A DNA stretch of 64,000 nucleotides from assembly GCA_965644265.1 (NCBI GenBank), contig OZ286469.1:38130001-38194000 (forward strand), in the 5' to 3' direction. The position numbers and the translations under genes were made by a program. The notes under the pieces are model-generated. The model had not been told where the DNA came from. It was given only the letters and a program-made list of their open reading frames with translations, and searched no databases. This document shows, piece by piece, positions 37,625 through 49,700 of this stretch. Source of the DNA: Glycera tridactyla. Lineage: Eukaryota. The stretch's first letter is position 1; each line of letters begins with the position of its first letter.

Positions 37625-39985
37625 TTTGGATGACTACGCAAGTCCATCATTCCATCTATTGCTCAGGTTTGTTCTTCTGATTAATACAATATGCAGGTGT
37701 TTTGTTGGTGGTCTCAAAATTGGGTGATCTGTCTTCACATTAAATCCATCAATTTTTTATCAGATGAAAACTTCACACTCGCCTACTGGGAGAGTGAGTC
37801 TGGTCTATTCACTCTTCTGAAATCCAATTCACCCCCGTGATTCGGGAGAGTGGCTAAATTCGAAGACTGTATTGAGCATTTTATCACAAGCAAGAATCGA
37901 TTTTTGCTTTTGAACAGATTTCAGAAATTTTGATATTAGGTATAAGTTCTTGGGTTTATGTCATCCTGCCCAATCACTGCGGCAATACATATATCCCTCT
38001 CAGTGAAGGACACTGGGTTGTTAAAGCTTGTTTTCTGCTGGGTAATGCAGTGTCATTTTCCACACTGAATAATAGAATCAGTAGATAATGCACTATGTAT
38101 ATGAGTAGGCAAACTATGGTCCGGTTGCCTGATTGCCTCCTAAGTAGTCCATATAATAATTGACTCCACCACAGAATGTGATTCTTGTTTCACCCTTCTT
38201 GTAATATGGTTGGCAGTTAATGGATTTACTCCATGATTTCTGGAACTCCTCTCATCTAAAATATAAAATGAAAAAGGGACTACCGAGACTGTAATCATAT
38301 TTTGGAAGTTCTACCCACTCACCAAGTAGATTCCTGTATGAGTGATGTTTATATGGACTTTGCATCTGTTCTGGTCTGTGTTGGCGAGCAGGTCTGTTTT
38401 ATCTCACAGATTCTCGGTGTCCATATGGGATCGAACCTCTTCCTTAGCCAGTCTGATCTGCATGACATTGAGGACATAGAGAAATTGAACATTCATATGG
38501 GGTTTTCTGGATATATTCTGTTCTGGAATAATCATGAGATAGAAAGGGAATGCTGCAATAAACTGACTTTGGTCTATAACAAGAGCGCCAAGAAACATGT
38601 TGGAGAATTTCCACTGTAGGCTATCTCAAACACCTGCTTCTCCACACATGAGAACATATTCAAGCTGATCTACCTCAAAGCTGACACACTCTCTCATTGG
38701 TCAGACATTTGCGTAACTCTGCATGTCATGAATGATATAGGGTTGTGTGACTTCACTTTCCATGTTGGACCCCTTCCCATACAAATTTGCGGTACATCAA
38801 AATATGAAATTCAAATGCAATGAAATTGATTCCAGCATGGGGACATCGATATAGTCGAGTTGAGACGCAATCAATCAAATCAAGATCCGAGTGAATCATA
38901 TTACCATTTACAGATTAGCCAGGCTTGAGGCTGATAGTTATAGAACATGGCTACAGATTTATCATACTCTGTATATGTGACACAAGCAGTTCAGAACGGC
39001 CATCCATCAAAATCACGTGTGACACATACTGGGACAGCCAGCACAGCTACACACAATCGAGGCACTAGAAACTTGAGATGATGGAAGAAAAATAACATAA
39101 TAAAGAAGCCACCATTTGATTGATTAAATATGCCGAGGGGTTTCATTTCAATCAATCTTTTAAAAGAAGCATCGAGTGTGCATCAAAAATTGCTCTCGAA
39201 TTTTGTTGTAAATATAGACATGGAATGTGATTCAATATTCGCTCTGTGAGTTAATATTATGTTTGCCAGATTCGTTTCAAGAGCATAAACTTCACCACCC
39301 AAACAGTTTGTGAATCAGTGCCCTCTTCTCCTCCTGAAGATCTTGAATCTGTCACTGACTGCTTTACTTATATACAGCATGGAACAGATAATCATATCAT
39401 AATCCAGATGAAGAATACAAAATTTGCTTATCCCGAATCGCATGTAACATCACGTGATCAAGACTCCTCGTCGTAAAAATCGTCTCAACAATCGTTCCAA
39501 AGTGAGCAAATTTCGTATTCTTCATGAATCAGCTTGGAACCAAAAACAATGTCATTTCTACCATAATCCTGATGTTCTGTGGCTGTCCTCAATGTTATAT
39601 ACAAAATTTCTTTTAACTTCTATTAGACGGAGTGAGTACCTTGAAACCTGCAACAAGAGGCCGCCCTAGGATTCACCATAAAGTGGCATCTCTAAAGATG
39701 GGGGTCTGTCATCAGAGGTATATCTGAGTATTTTACCTTGAAAAGCTGCCTGGCAGAGGTGATTTACCTTCGGAGATTATATGTTATCACATGTTTCAGT
39801 CTGGATGTTACTAAAGGGATCTACTGGTGTTGAATCTACCTTCAGAGAACACCTCTATCAAACAATGGACAACTCTGACATGTTTGAGAAATCCTCTACT
39901 TTTGTATTTGTTTGAACCCAGTGAACGTCAGCAAGAGTGTACGCTTGCCCTCAGTGAGAATGAAAATGTTCTTGGAATGAAACTA

Positions 39986-40150
39986 CAGTCGAACCACCTC
40001 TCTATAAAGACCACCTCCCTATAAAAACGGCCCTGAGCAGCAACTGTGGTAGTATTTTCAACAGTAAATGACCTCGCTATAAAGACCACCTCCCTCTAAA
40101 GGCGACTTTTTGATGCGACCGAAGGCAATCTTTATAGGGAGGTTTGACTG
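39986..40150. mobile_element. TA-flanked CAGT MITE (family B, AAAGACCACCT internal repeats)
   Basis: TA|CAGTCGAACC ... GGTTTGACTG|TA; colinear with 42160-42337. Confidence 0.8.
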
Positions 40151-40544
40151 TATGTTTCACGACACATCAATGCTATGTACAGGTCACATTCTGTAAAATC
40201 ATTTGATTTCTCGTGGATTTGGAGCGGCAAAAACATTCTTGTTCACCTGAACTCTGGCATCATGCAATACAATGGCAGAGTGATCAGAAGCATTCATGCA
40301 TGTGATCGACCTGTATAGGACAACATGATTGGACTAACATAGGGGTGACACTAGGCAGTGAGATCTGCAATCAGCCCATAGTCAGGGACAGATGTCGGTT
40401 CTCTGTTACTTTAGTGCAGCATCGCCCCGTATCCATTGCCTGCCGGTTCTGTGCCAAGTGTAGAGATATATTTAGCTATATGTTTAGTGATGATCAGAAG
40501 CTCTGATGTCAGGATCCTTTTAATCGGATGCATGTAATGAAATA

Positions 40545-41465
40545 AGTTGTTTCATGCTTCACGAAATATGGGATCATGATAGCGCATTACTCGATGTTAC
40601 GCATGCCAAATGATATGGGAGTTGAATCTCCTCGAAAGGCCACCTGTGTGCAAAGATCACCTGTTCCATAATAACTACTTTCTTTTGATTAGATGGATGC
40701 AAGTCATCTTACGCTTCACAAAATATGTGATCATGTTGAAGCATTGCACGATACTACACATGCCAAATGATATGGGAGTTGAACCTCCCCCTAAGGCCAC
40801 CTGTGTGCAAAGATCACTTGTCTATATTGACCACTTTCTTCTGATTAGATGGATGGAAGTCATCTTACGCTTCACAAAATATGTGATCATGTTGAAGCAT
40901 TGCATGATATTACACATGCCAAATGATATTAGAGTTGAACCTCCCCCTAAGGCCACCTGTGTGCAAAGATCACTTGTCTATATTGACCACTTTCTACTGA
41001 TTAGATGGATGGAAGTCATCTTACGCTTCACAAAATATGTGATCATGTTAAAGCATTGCATGATATTACACATGCCAAATGATATTAGAGTTGAACCTCC
41101 CCCTAAGGCCACCTGTGTGCAAAGATCACTTGTCTATATTGACCACTTTCTTCTGATTAGATGGATGCGAGTCATCTGATGCTTCACAAGATATGTGATC
41201 ATGATGGGACATTGCATGACATTGCTGGTGCCAAATGATACTGGTTTTAGCCTGGTCCAAAGTCCACCTGTGTGCAAAGATCACCTGTCGATAATGACCA
41301 CCTCCTTTTGATTAGATGGGTGAAACACAATAGGTGGTCTTATGCTTCACAAAGTATATGGTCATGAGAGAGCTTTGCATGATATTATGAATGCCAAATG
41401 GTAATTAGGTTGAACCTGCTCTAAAGGTCACCTTTGTGCTAAGATCACCTGTCTATAATGACCAC
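40545..41465. repeat. ~156-bp tandem repeat, about 6 copies
   Basis: gccaaatg recurs at 40605, 40762, 40918, 41074, 41230 and 41393. The 52-codon period explains the repetitive 189-aa ORF. Confidence 0.9.
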
Positions 41466-41981
41466 GTCCAAGTGGTTGCCTCGAAGGTATTCCATTATAC
41501 ATGAAATAATAATGTTGACCAACAAATTGGCCACCTTCAAGGGGTTGCTATCTTTGTTCCGTTACCCTTATTGACTTTGATGGCAGTGGTGGAAAGGGGA
41601 AAAGAGGCATTGGCTGCAGCCAAGGTGAATCTCAAGAGAGATATTTCTCCAACAGTTCTTTGTGCTCATTGCTCTCACAAACTCTTAAATCCTTCACGCA
41701 GTAGGGCATGCATTTCAGGATGGATAGACAGTCTTCATGAAAGACTTTTTCAGCCTTTCTCCCATTGGGAGAGCAGACTGGAATAATCACAAATTCACTC
41801 TACTCCAATTTGTGCATGACCAGAGAGGAAAACAAACTTGAACTAACCTATCTTGAGAGCAAGACATTTGTGTGAGCAAATGTCTCATCGAGATGTGAAT
41901 TTAAACACATCTGTCATGTGAGTGACTACCTGAGTACGACCAACCCATTTGTTGCTGAGGTGTGTTCTTCAGAATCATATG

Positions 41982-42157
41982 CAGTGAAACCTGCAACGAG
42001 AGACCGCCCTAAATGTCACCAAAAAGCGGTCTCTCAAAAGAGGTGGTCTCTAGTTGGAGGTATATTTGACTATGACAAAAAGAAAAACTGCCCTGAAAAA
42101 GCAGTCTCCCATCGGAGGTGGTTTCCCGTCGGGGGTCTCTCGTCGCAGGTTTCACTG
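41982..42157. mobile_element. CAGT MITE family A, first member of a tandem pair
   Basis: CAGTGAAACCTGCAACGAGAGACC ... GGTCTCTCGTCGCAGGTTTCACTG|TA; left flank is TG rather than TA. Confidence 0.8.
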
Positions 42158-42159
42158 TA

Positions 42160-42337
42160 CAGTCGAACCTCCTCTAAAGACCACCTCTCTATAAAGACCA
42201 CCTCCCTATAAAGACCACCCTGGACTGCAACTGTTGTAGTATTTTCAACAGTAAATGACTTCTCTATAAAGACCACCTCCCTATAAAGACCACTTTTCGA
42301 TGTGACCGAAGGCGGTCTTTATAGAGAGGTTTGACTG
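42160..42337. mobile_element. CAGT MITE family B, sharing a TA with the 41982-42157 element
   Basis: TA|CAGTCGAACCTC ... GAGGTTTGACTG|TA. Confidence 0.82.
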
Positions 42338-43246
42338 TATATACAGGTATCTTGTAAGGAATAGAGTTGAAACTGTAGATGTCATCAAAGGAGTTACATT
42401 ATTCTTCTCATTTTCACCAATAGAAGAAAAATCATATTCTCCTATCGAGAGAGTGAGTTAGGCCATTTTAATCTGGGTAATTTGGATTCACTCTCCTTAT
42501 AATTTGGGAGAATGGCTAAATTTGAAGACTGGGATGAACAGTTTGGTGATGAGGACTTCATATGTTGTGATGTGTCAGGATTGTGTTCTCACCAGTGCAG
42601 TATGATTTGTATATCTCACATTGCTCAGTATTGAGACTTCCAAATTCAGCTCAGTGATCAGATGATTTTGAAATTTCACAATGCTGATTTGAAGCAAGTA
42701 AAAACTCCAGTGGTTTTTCAGAGAGTGGAAACACCTGCAATTTCAGTAATTACCCTAATCTAGTATCACCATGGCCGCAGGATGGAATGGAAATTATGGA
42801 TCCCTCCCACCTGTGTTGCAGCTATTTTCAGACTGGGAAATTCTAAAAATAGTAGATGAAGAAGTATTACCTTTCACCTCACATTCATGCTAGACCTCAG
42901 CAGGGGTATTGCCACTGGTGGAAATAGGATTCTGAGGTGGTGAGAATAACAGGTTCGCTGGTCATTTGAGAAAGGGGCATGTGTGTGTATGTATGCATGT
43001 GTGCGTACATGGATGGTGTGTGTGTACATGCATGTGTGTGTGTGCAGGCATGCAAAATACCANNNNNNNNNNNNNNNNNNNNNNNNNNNNNNNNNNNNNN
43101 NNNNNNNNNNNNNNNNNNNNNNNNNNNNNNNNNNNNNNNNNNNNNNNNNNNNNNNNNNNNNNNNNNNNNNNNNNNNNNNNNNNNNNNNNNNNNNNNNNNN
43201 NNNNNNNNNNNNNNNNNNNNNNNNTAGTGAAAAATATTACCGTATA

Positions 43247-43308
43247 CTGTATATACTAGTATATAAGTTGAGTTTTTTACCTAGATACGAGCCAAAACAA
43301 AGGGGGTG
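43247..43308. mobile_element. Truncated left end of the 61804-62586 family
   Basis: ctgtatatactagtatataagttgagttttttacc...cgagccaaaacaaagggg aligns to ~61804-61865. Confidence 0.6.
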
Positions 43309-43689
43309 GACACATGAAATACATACTTTTACCAGGTTGCTGAACAGGATCTTTATCACAACTCCTAATCCCTCTCAAAATGTGGAAAATACAGCCTGGT
43401 GTGGATAAATAGTAAAATATGCACGACTAGTGACCCTTTCCTCATAAAATCCTGATATTTCCACCATAAACATGGTGAAAACACTCTGCAGGTATGACCA
43501 TCTGAGTGTTCCCCCATTTTGAACCTCATCAGATCACATGATCAGGAATAAGAAATATAATCAATTTGCATTATTCAAGCTTTCAGTTTTGTTTTCAGTA
43601 CATCCGGGAACTTCAAGTCTTCCAATATATGTCCCTGACTTCTAATTGACTATGTTCTAATGTCATCATCTGTTTTGTTTTTTCTCTAG

Positions 43690-43759
43690 GAGTGTCCCAC
43701 TGGGATAGTGAATGAAGATACCTTCAAGGACATCTATGCTCAGTTTTTTCCCCAGGGTG
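43690..43759 (+). CDS. KCNIP: Next internal coding exon of the KChIP/KCNIP-family gene (EF-hand 1 with CPxG motif)
   Basis: Strong polypyrimidine acceptor (ttttgttttttctctAG) and donor GTaagt at 43760. The 70-bp exon reads [23 protein letters not shown]+1 nt and continues in frame from the 30689-30813 exon, giving YRGFKQ|ECPTG. CPxG is the NCS-family EF1 signature; YRGFKxECPxG favours KChIP over NCS-1/frequenin. Confidence 0.95.
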
Positions 43760-46700
43760 GTAAGTACTATCATTTGGATGAAATCTTGTACGAATATTTT
43801 TGAATAAACTTCAAAATGCTTTATGATGGTCTCGTAACTCCAAACGAGCATTCTGTAATTGTGTGAATTTCACCAGGAAATTTCCTCCAGATTCTATATA
43901 TTTCAAATCACTCATCATTCTTGAGCTAAAGCCCAGCTTGGCAGACAAAAGTCATGAAAATTGGGATTTTTCATAAAAATCACATGTTAGGGAAGAGGGT
44001 AAAAACCCAATTTCGGAATTGATATGTAAGTATCAGAAAAATGCTGAGAAGAATAATCAGAGTATTTTCTGAAATTCAGTGATAACACTTTATTGGATTG
44101 AGATACATGTATTCAGCTGATTTCGAAGACATTAACACATTTTCTTTTGAGTATTAACGGTCGATATTTTACATGTATGATCTCAAGGTCACATTCTGAT
44201 GATCTGTTTGTGAATTTTATGGCACTATTTCTTCCCATATCAAGTGATTGTTGGCCAATTTTCTGACCACTTTTCTTGCAAATTATTGTGTACTGTGCCA
44301 TAGAATTCTAGACGGCATTCAACCTCATTGACTGATACATTGATGATGCTTATGGTTTTGGTGGAGGGTTTCCTTAATCCATAGACCTCTTATGTACATA
44401 TCATATGATACTGGTATCATTACTGAAATATTGAAGAAGAAACGGGGTTGATATGACTACTCCCAATAGACATTGATGGCAATGATGGATTTCCTCCAAA
44501 TTTCTCCCAATTCACAAAATCCAAATTTGATTCCCTGTCCGTTTACTTCGTCTTGAGCATCTATAGGCTTTATCTATTAACCAGGATATAATATTAATTT
44601 AGAGCATGTCCATTCATTTACAGGGGGGGGGGGGGGGGGCATCCTATCCTTCATGCAGAATTTGAATTATTGTTTGCAACCAATATTGCTATTTATTTGG
44701 CATTCTGACAGGAAGAGCTTTAGTATCATACAAATGTAGTAATTTATGATGATTATAGTGGCATCCATACACAATTGCTTTTATGAGATATTCTTTCGGT
44801 GATCTCCAATGTGTTGTAACAATAGTAGGGACTTGTGTCTGATTCCACTCCTCTATCTCTGCTGATGGCTTTGGTTAAGAATTCATCAGATACCACAATC
44901 AATTATTGTGTATGAGCTGCCTGAAGGAGAAAAGAGTGTAGTTTTCAATGTCAGAATATCATTGAATATCATGATGTTCATGAATTGGATCAGTTGAATT
45001 TACTCTGGATATCATAAATGTGTATGCTCAGTAGAAAGTTTATGGATAAATGTCAGAGATAAAAAGGCCATGCTTTTAGTATAGTATCACAATATTCTGA
45101 ACTGATCAATGGCCAAGGGAATTCATAAGGCCCATGGCTGATTCGATTTCCTTACTCTTGTTACTGAATAGCTTATCCTGGTCATTAATTTGAGTGATAT
45201 CCGAGGGTTAGATAATGTATTCTCCTGAATTATTCCCCATCTTTCAGACGCTTCAAATCCATGCCAAATGCATGATGTCAAGAATTCACCACTCTGCCAC
45301 TAATCTTTTCTTCTTTACAGGCTCACATATTCATTCTGATATGATATGAACCATTTTTCTTCTCTTTATGTGTGGAGAAAAGATGTTTTTTTTTCTCTTG
45401 TCATGGTCTGGAATTGTGTGTTCTAAAAATTCATTCCCTATTTGACGTAATTTAATTTTTGATTTGAAGTGCACTATTGTTGTTGCTTCCATGCACAGCA
45501 GCTGAGTTTGACACTAAAGGGAATGACTTGTGTAAACCACCCAGAACCCCTGTCATAGTCCGTCATCAAGGCGTTCCTGAACGCACTCTCGCTCTCTCTT
45601 GCTCTCACTGATCGCAAATTTTGGTTCACGAATTGATGGTGTCATTGCAGGAAAGTATATCCTATCCACCTATTTGTGATTTTGTGGATACGGTCTCCAT
45701 CGTTTTTCTTTAATCACGATAAATAGAGTATGATTCATTTTGTCCACCATATAGATCATGGATGATTGTGAGACATTGTGAAACAGGTGCAGGACATCAC
45801 ACAGAACATTATAGAATCTTGAATGAGTGAGTATTTTAATAACAACAGGAGGGTGAACAGTGAACTTTTATTAAAAAAAACCTGCCATAGTCAATACAGC
45901 GATGCCTGGCAAGTAATACCTCTACATATCTATCCACTTGATTTACTGAATGATATGCACCAAGTAGCTTGATATGGTTATCAACAAGACACACCTGATG
46001 TTTTCTACATGCTGATTAACTCATATAAACTCCATTTTGATATTTGATTATGGTGGTTGCTGTTGAGATCTCCATTATTATTACTTGTAACTGTGATGGC
46101 AGTCATCAAACATCAAATAAAACTTTATATGAATCATTTGGCATGATGTGAAACAGATAAAGTGTGTCTCTTTTAATTACCATTTTGAGCTACTTAGTGC
46201 ATATCATTTGATTAGTCGTGTATATATATGTGTAAAGGGTATGCAAATCACTTCTCAGGCCTTGTCGTGACACTGGCAGGTTTTCTGATGAAAAATCACC
46301 ATATCTTCCTGAAGTGATGAAAATACTTGATCATTTGAGAATCTTAGATTCCCTACATATTCATCATGTAGTCCTGCATATATGGCCTGAAATTGGTGTT
46401 TGAAATTTGGAGCAATCGCTCTTGTACATCATGTCTCAGGCAGTGTAGGCTTTTTCAAGGTATTCTTCAATTGGCCCTACAGATCCTCTGATGACATTAC
46501 TTGATGGTGATTATGTCCCCTGGGCATTCCACAAACGGAATTCAAAATATAAGTTTTTGGCCATCAATTTACCATTTTCTCATGAAATCCTCAATATTAT
46601 CTCATTGGACATACACCATATCATAAGTTTGCATCACCCATTGATTTGAAAAGAACTTGTTCCTTCTACATAACAGATGTGATTAAATATACCGGTACAT

Positions 46701-49700
46701 CATGTTCAGGAGTTCAACAGAAGGACTATATACGATTCATTATTTTCCTTATAGACATTGCATAGGGACTTTCTTCCCAAATACCTGTACTCTGAAAAGT
46801 CGTGACTGTCACAGGGGTTCTGGATTTTTTTCTACGGCATGCTGCGGTACTTGTTGTTTATGTATTTTTTGCAAAATTGTCTTTTCAATTGTTTATTATC
46901 CTTTCTTGAAGTCTTGAAAGTACAATACCATATGAGATATGTGTGGAATGAGAAAATCACGTGAAGGTGATGTTGTCACTGAAATTCCTAATGACAGCAT
47001 GCTGCCAAAACCTATGAAGTTCACTCAAATATACTTTCAGAGCTCTGCACTTTAGTGAAATATATGTATCTATATACTCATTCACAATTCGAGGTCTTGT
47101 CTCCTTAATCTTCCAGAGTTTATTACAATCCAATCAACTATTCATACTTTATCACATTTTGTTATCTTTGATTGTGTTGAAAAATTTCAGCATTTACAAA
47201 CGTGTAAGGTAAGCCTGCCACAGGATGAGAATGAGTTTGATGGGTCTCAGCCACTCGTTTTCACAAACACACTGTTGTTTTTTCATGTCATTATGTTGAG
47301 AGCAGAGAACGGTTGCAGAATTAGATCTAGTAGCCACCCGAGTTGATTAACCAGCCTCGAAAGCGAATGAAAATCCAAGAAGACGTAAAAGATTGGAACT
47401 GAGCTCACGGAGATCTATTCTGTTATATTGGACTATAGTGTTGACGTTTGAGCTATCTTGGATTATTTCGAAATTTTTGACTTGGGTTCTTGAAAGTTTT
47501 CAACGCAATTCCAACCGAGCCAGAGTCCCTTGAGATTAGACATGCGTCAGTGAATGATGGAACATTCATTGATACATTAAATGGATGACTTCAGGGTCTA
47601 GTGATCTTCTGAATGACAATTCTATATGCATATTCCCATAATCAAGTTCAGGTCTCCAATTTTTGTATACAGAAGACTTTTGTATCAGCTTGACCTCTTA
47701 CTCATACATGAACATATTTTCAGTTCAGATATTGACTATTATGATTGATGAATTTATCATATTTTTCTCATGAGATCTCTACTTTATCAGGATAATGTAT
47801 AGACTGCGTTCGATGACTTTGCTGAGGAATTGTCAACACAAAATCTGAAACAGGTTTTCATATGACAAAATATACGATAATTGCATACAGAGAAAGAATG
47901 AAAGAATGATTTTGGTGAGACAAATCCGTGTTTGTTTTGATATATCAACGCAAGTAGGATTGTCCTTGTAGGATTGCACATTCTATTGAAAAAGCCTGGA
48001 TTTATGGTCCTATATACATTCTCTTCTTGGTATAATTGCTGTTATATTTTGTTTATATTCATCATAAGTGAGTGGTTTTTTAATCGGAGAAATACCATCT
48101 TAGGATGTCTGTTGAAATCTGCAGCAATACCTCCACACCAGATGTCAAATTTACATGATTTAATACTCGAGTTTTCAAGTTTGATGGAGAAAATCCTCTC
48201 CACTAATGCATATGTACGCGAATTATGGATAATTTGGTGTTTATGAAAAATGTTCGAATGTATATATATATATTTGTATTTCTCTTCTTCAAGGACACCG
48301 AAGTAAGTAATGACAACCCTGAAACAGTGGTTGGCTGCACGAACGCTAGGCTGTTTTGTTTACCATCCCCACTGCTGCCAATTTCTCCCTGTTTGGCTTT
48401 AGTTGTTTTCGCTGTGTTCCGTTCAATTAGATTTTGTTTCCATGTATCTTGATTTTCATTCCCGTGGGCCCCTCTCTCTCTCACTCTCTCTTCTCTTCTT
48501 CTCTCTCTCTCTAGTCTTGAAGTTGTCATATGTGTTGGTCAGGCTCAACTTCGTTACAGTGGCTGTGATATTTTGTACCATGACTGGCTTGATTTTGGTG
48601 ATGAAAATGGAATGTAGATCCCAAACAAGATTCACATGATATAGGTTTGTGTTTTAGTTGAGAGATAATTTCCTTCTCTGCATAATCATTATCATCCACC
48701 TGAAAATCGTACACCCTTGTATTGTCATCATGAGTGTAATTTGATCACAAATCAATTGAACACTCTCTCTCTCTCTCCCCGGCACTGTGGATACATTGAT
48801 ATATCACCTGGTTTTACTGAAGTACTTCATGGGACAATACGATTAATAATCATTTTTATTCGGTATTGTTCACTCAAATTAACCTAGGTTGATTTTGTTT
48901 TTGTATGAGATTATTTTACTAGCTGTGGTATGAATAGCCTGCTGAAGGGTCCTATTGTAAGGATTCAACAATCTAAGACCCACTGGAAATATTTGATATT
49001 TAGTCTGGGACATTTTGGAATTTATTCGGTAATTTGCTGTACATCAGTAAACAAGGTTTATATTGATATCATCGCAGGCTCCGTCAACTCACTATATACT
49101 AGGATGAAATGATCGCTGTCAAATGATATAGTTCTCAACTGATTGATTGATTGAAGCATTGATCAATTGACTGACTAACTGATCAACCAGTCAGTAATTT
49201 GATTGAATATTCAATCGATGAACTAATTGAATGATTGATAAATCCATTGATTGGGTGAGAAAACATCAAGCATTCATGGGATAGACTTTCATACCGTTAC
49301 TCTGAACACAGAGAAGACTGTCCAATCATAATTGGTGACATGTGATCCCTTATCCTGTACCTCGGAATCTGGGAAGACATAGGGCTCATGCCCGGAATCA
49401 TAAATATTTTGCCAGATAGCAATGCTGGAATTATGGCCACATGGGCAATAGCCACCCTGACAATGATGCATGGCATGAGAGCAAAACATTATCAGTAACA
49501 TCATTATTCAATCAAACTTTGCATATGTGAGTGAGATCTAAGGTTTTAATTGCATATAATGGAGCCTAGGACATTTCTTCTGTATGATATCTGTGATACT
49601 TTTGAGAGGCTGGAAGTAATCTGTGGTGTGGCTTGTGAGCGAGACAGGGAATTCATAGTTTGCAACTTCTTTAGCTCTGAAAATCAGATTAAGCACTTCT

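Larger units (their letters stand above)
41729..42531 (+). mobile_element. CAGTCTTC-terminated host element interrupted by the MITE A+B pair
   Basis: Termini CAGTCTTC / GAAGACTG. Removing 41982-42339 leaves ~445 bp, close to the 17729-18154 copy. Further end fragments lie at ~36495-36600 and ~37765-37869. Confidence 0.58.
3002..43224. other. Seven assembly gaps: 3002-3282, 7948-8108, 9978-10222, 21933-22072, 26741-26910, 34050-34292, 43063-43224
   Basis: N-runs, several adjacent to microsatellites; they could hide small exons. Confidence 0.97.
30814..43689 (+). other. 12.9-kb phase-0 GT-AG intron of the KChIP gene
   Basis: Lies between the two exons that splice in frame; canonical GT and AG ends. 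Confidence 0.88.

Noticed and set aside
40610-41179. 189-aa repetitive ORF
   Set aside because: Product of the 156-bp (52-codon) tandem repeat; no recognisable domain or gene structure.
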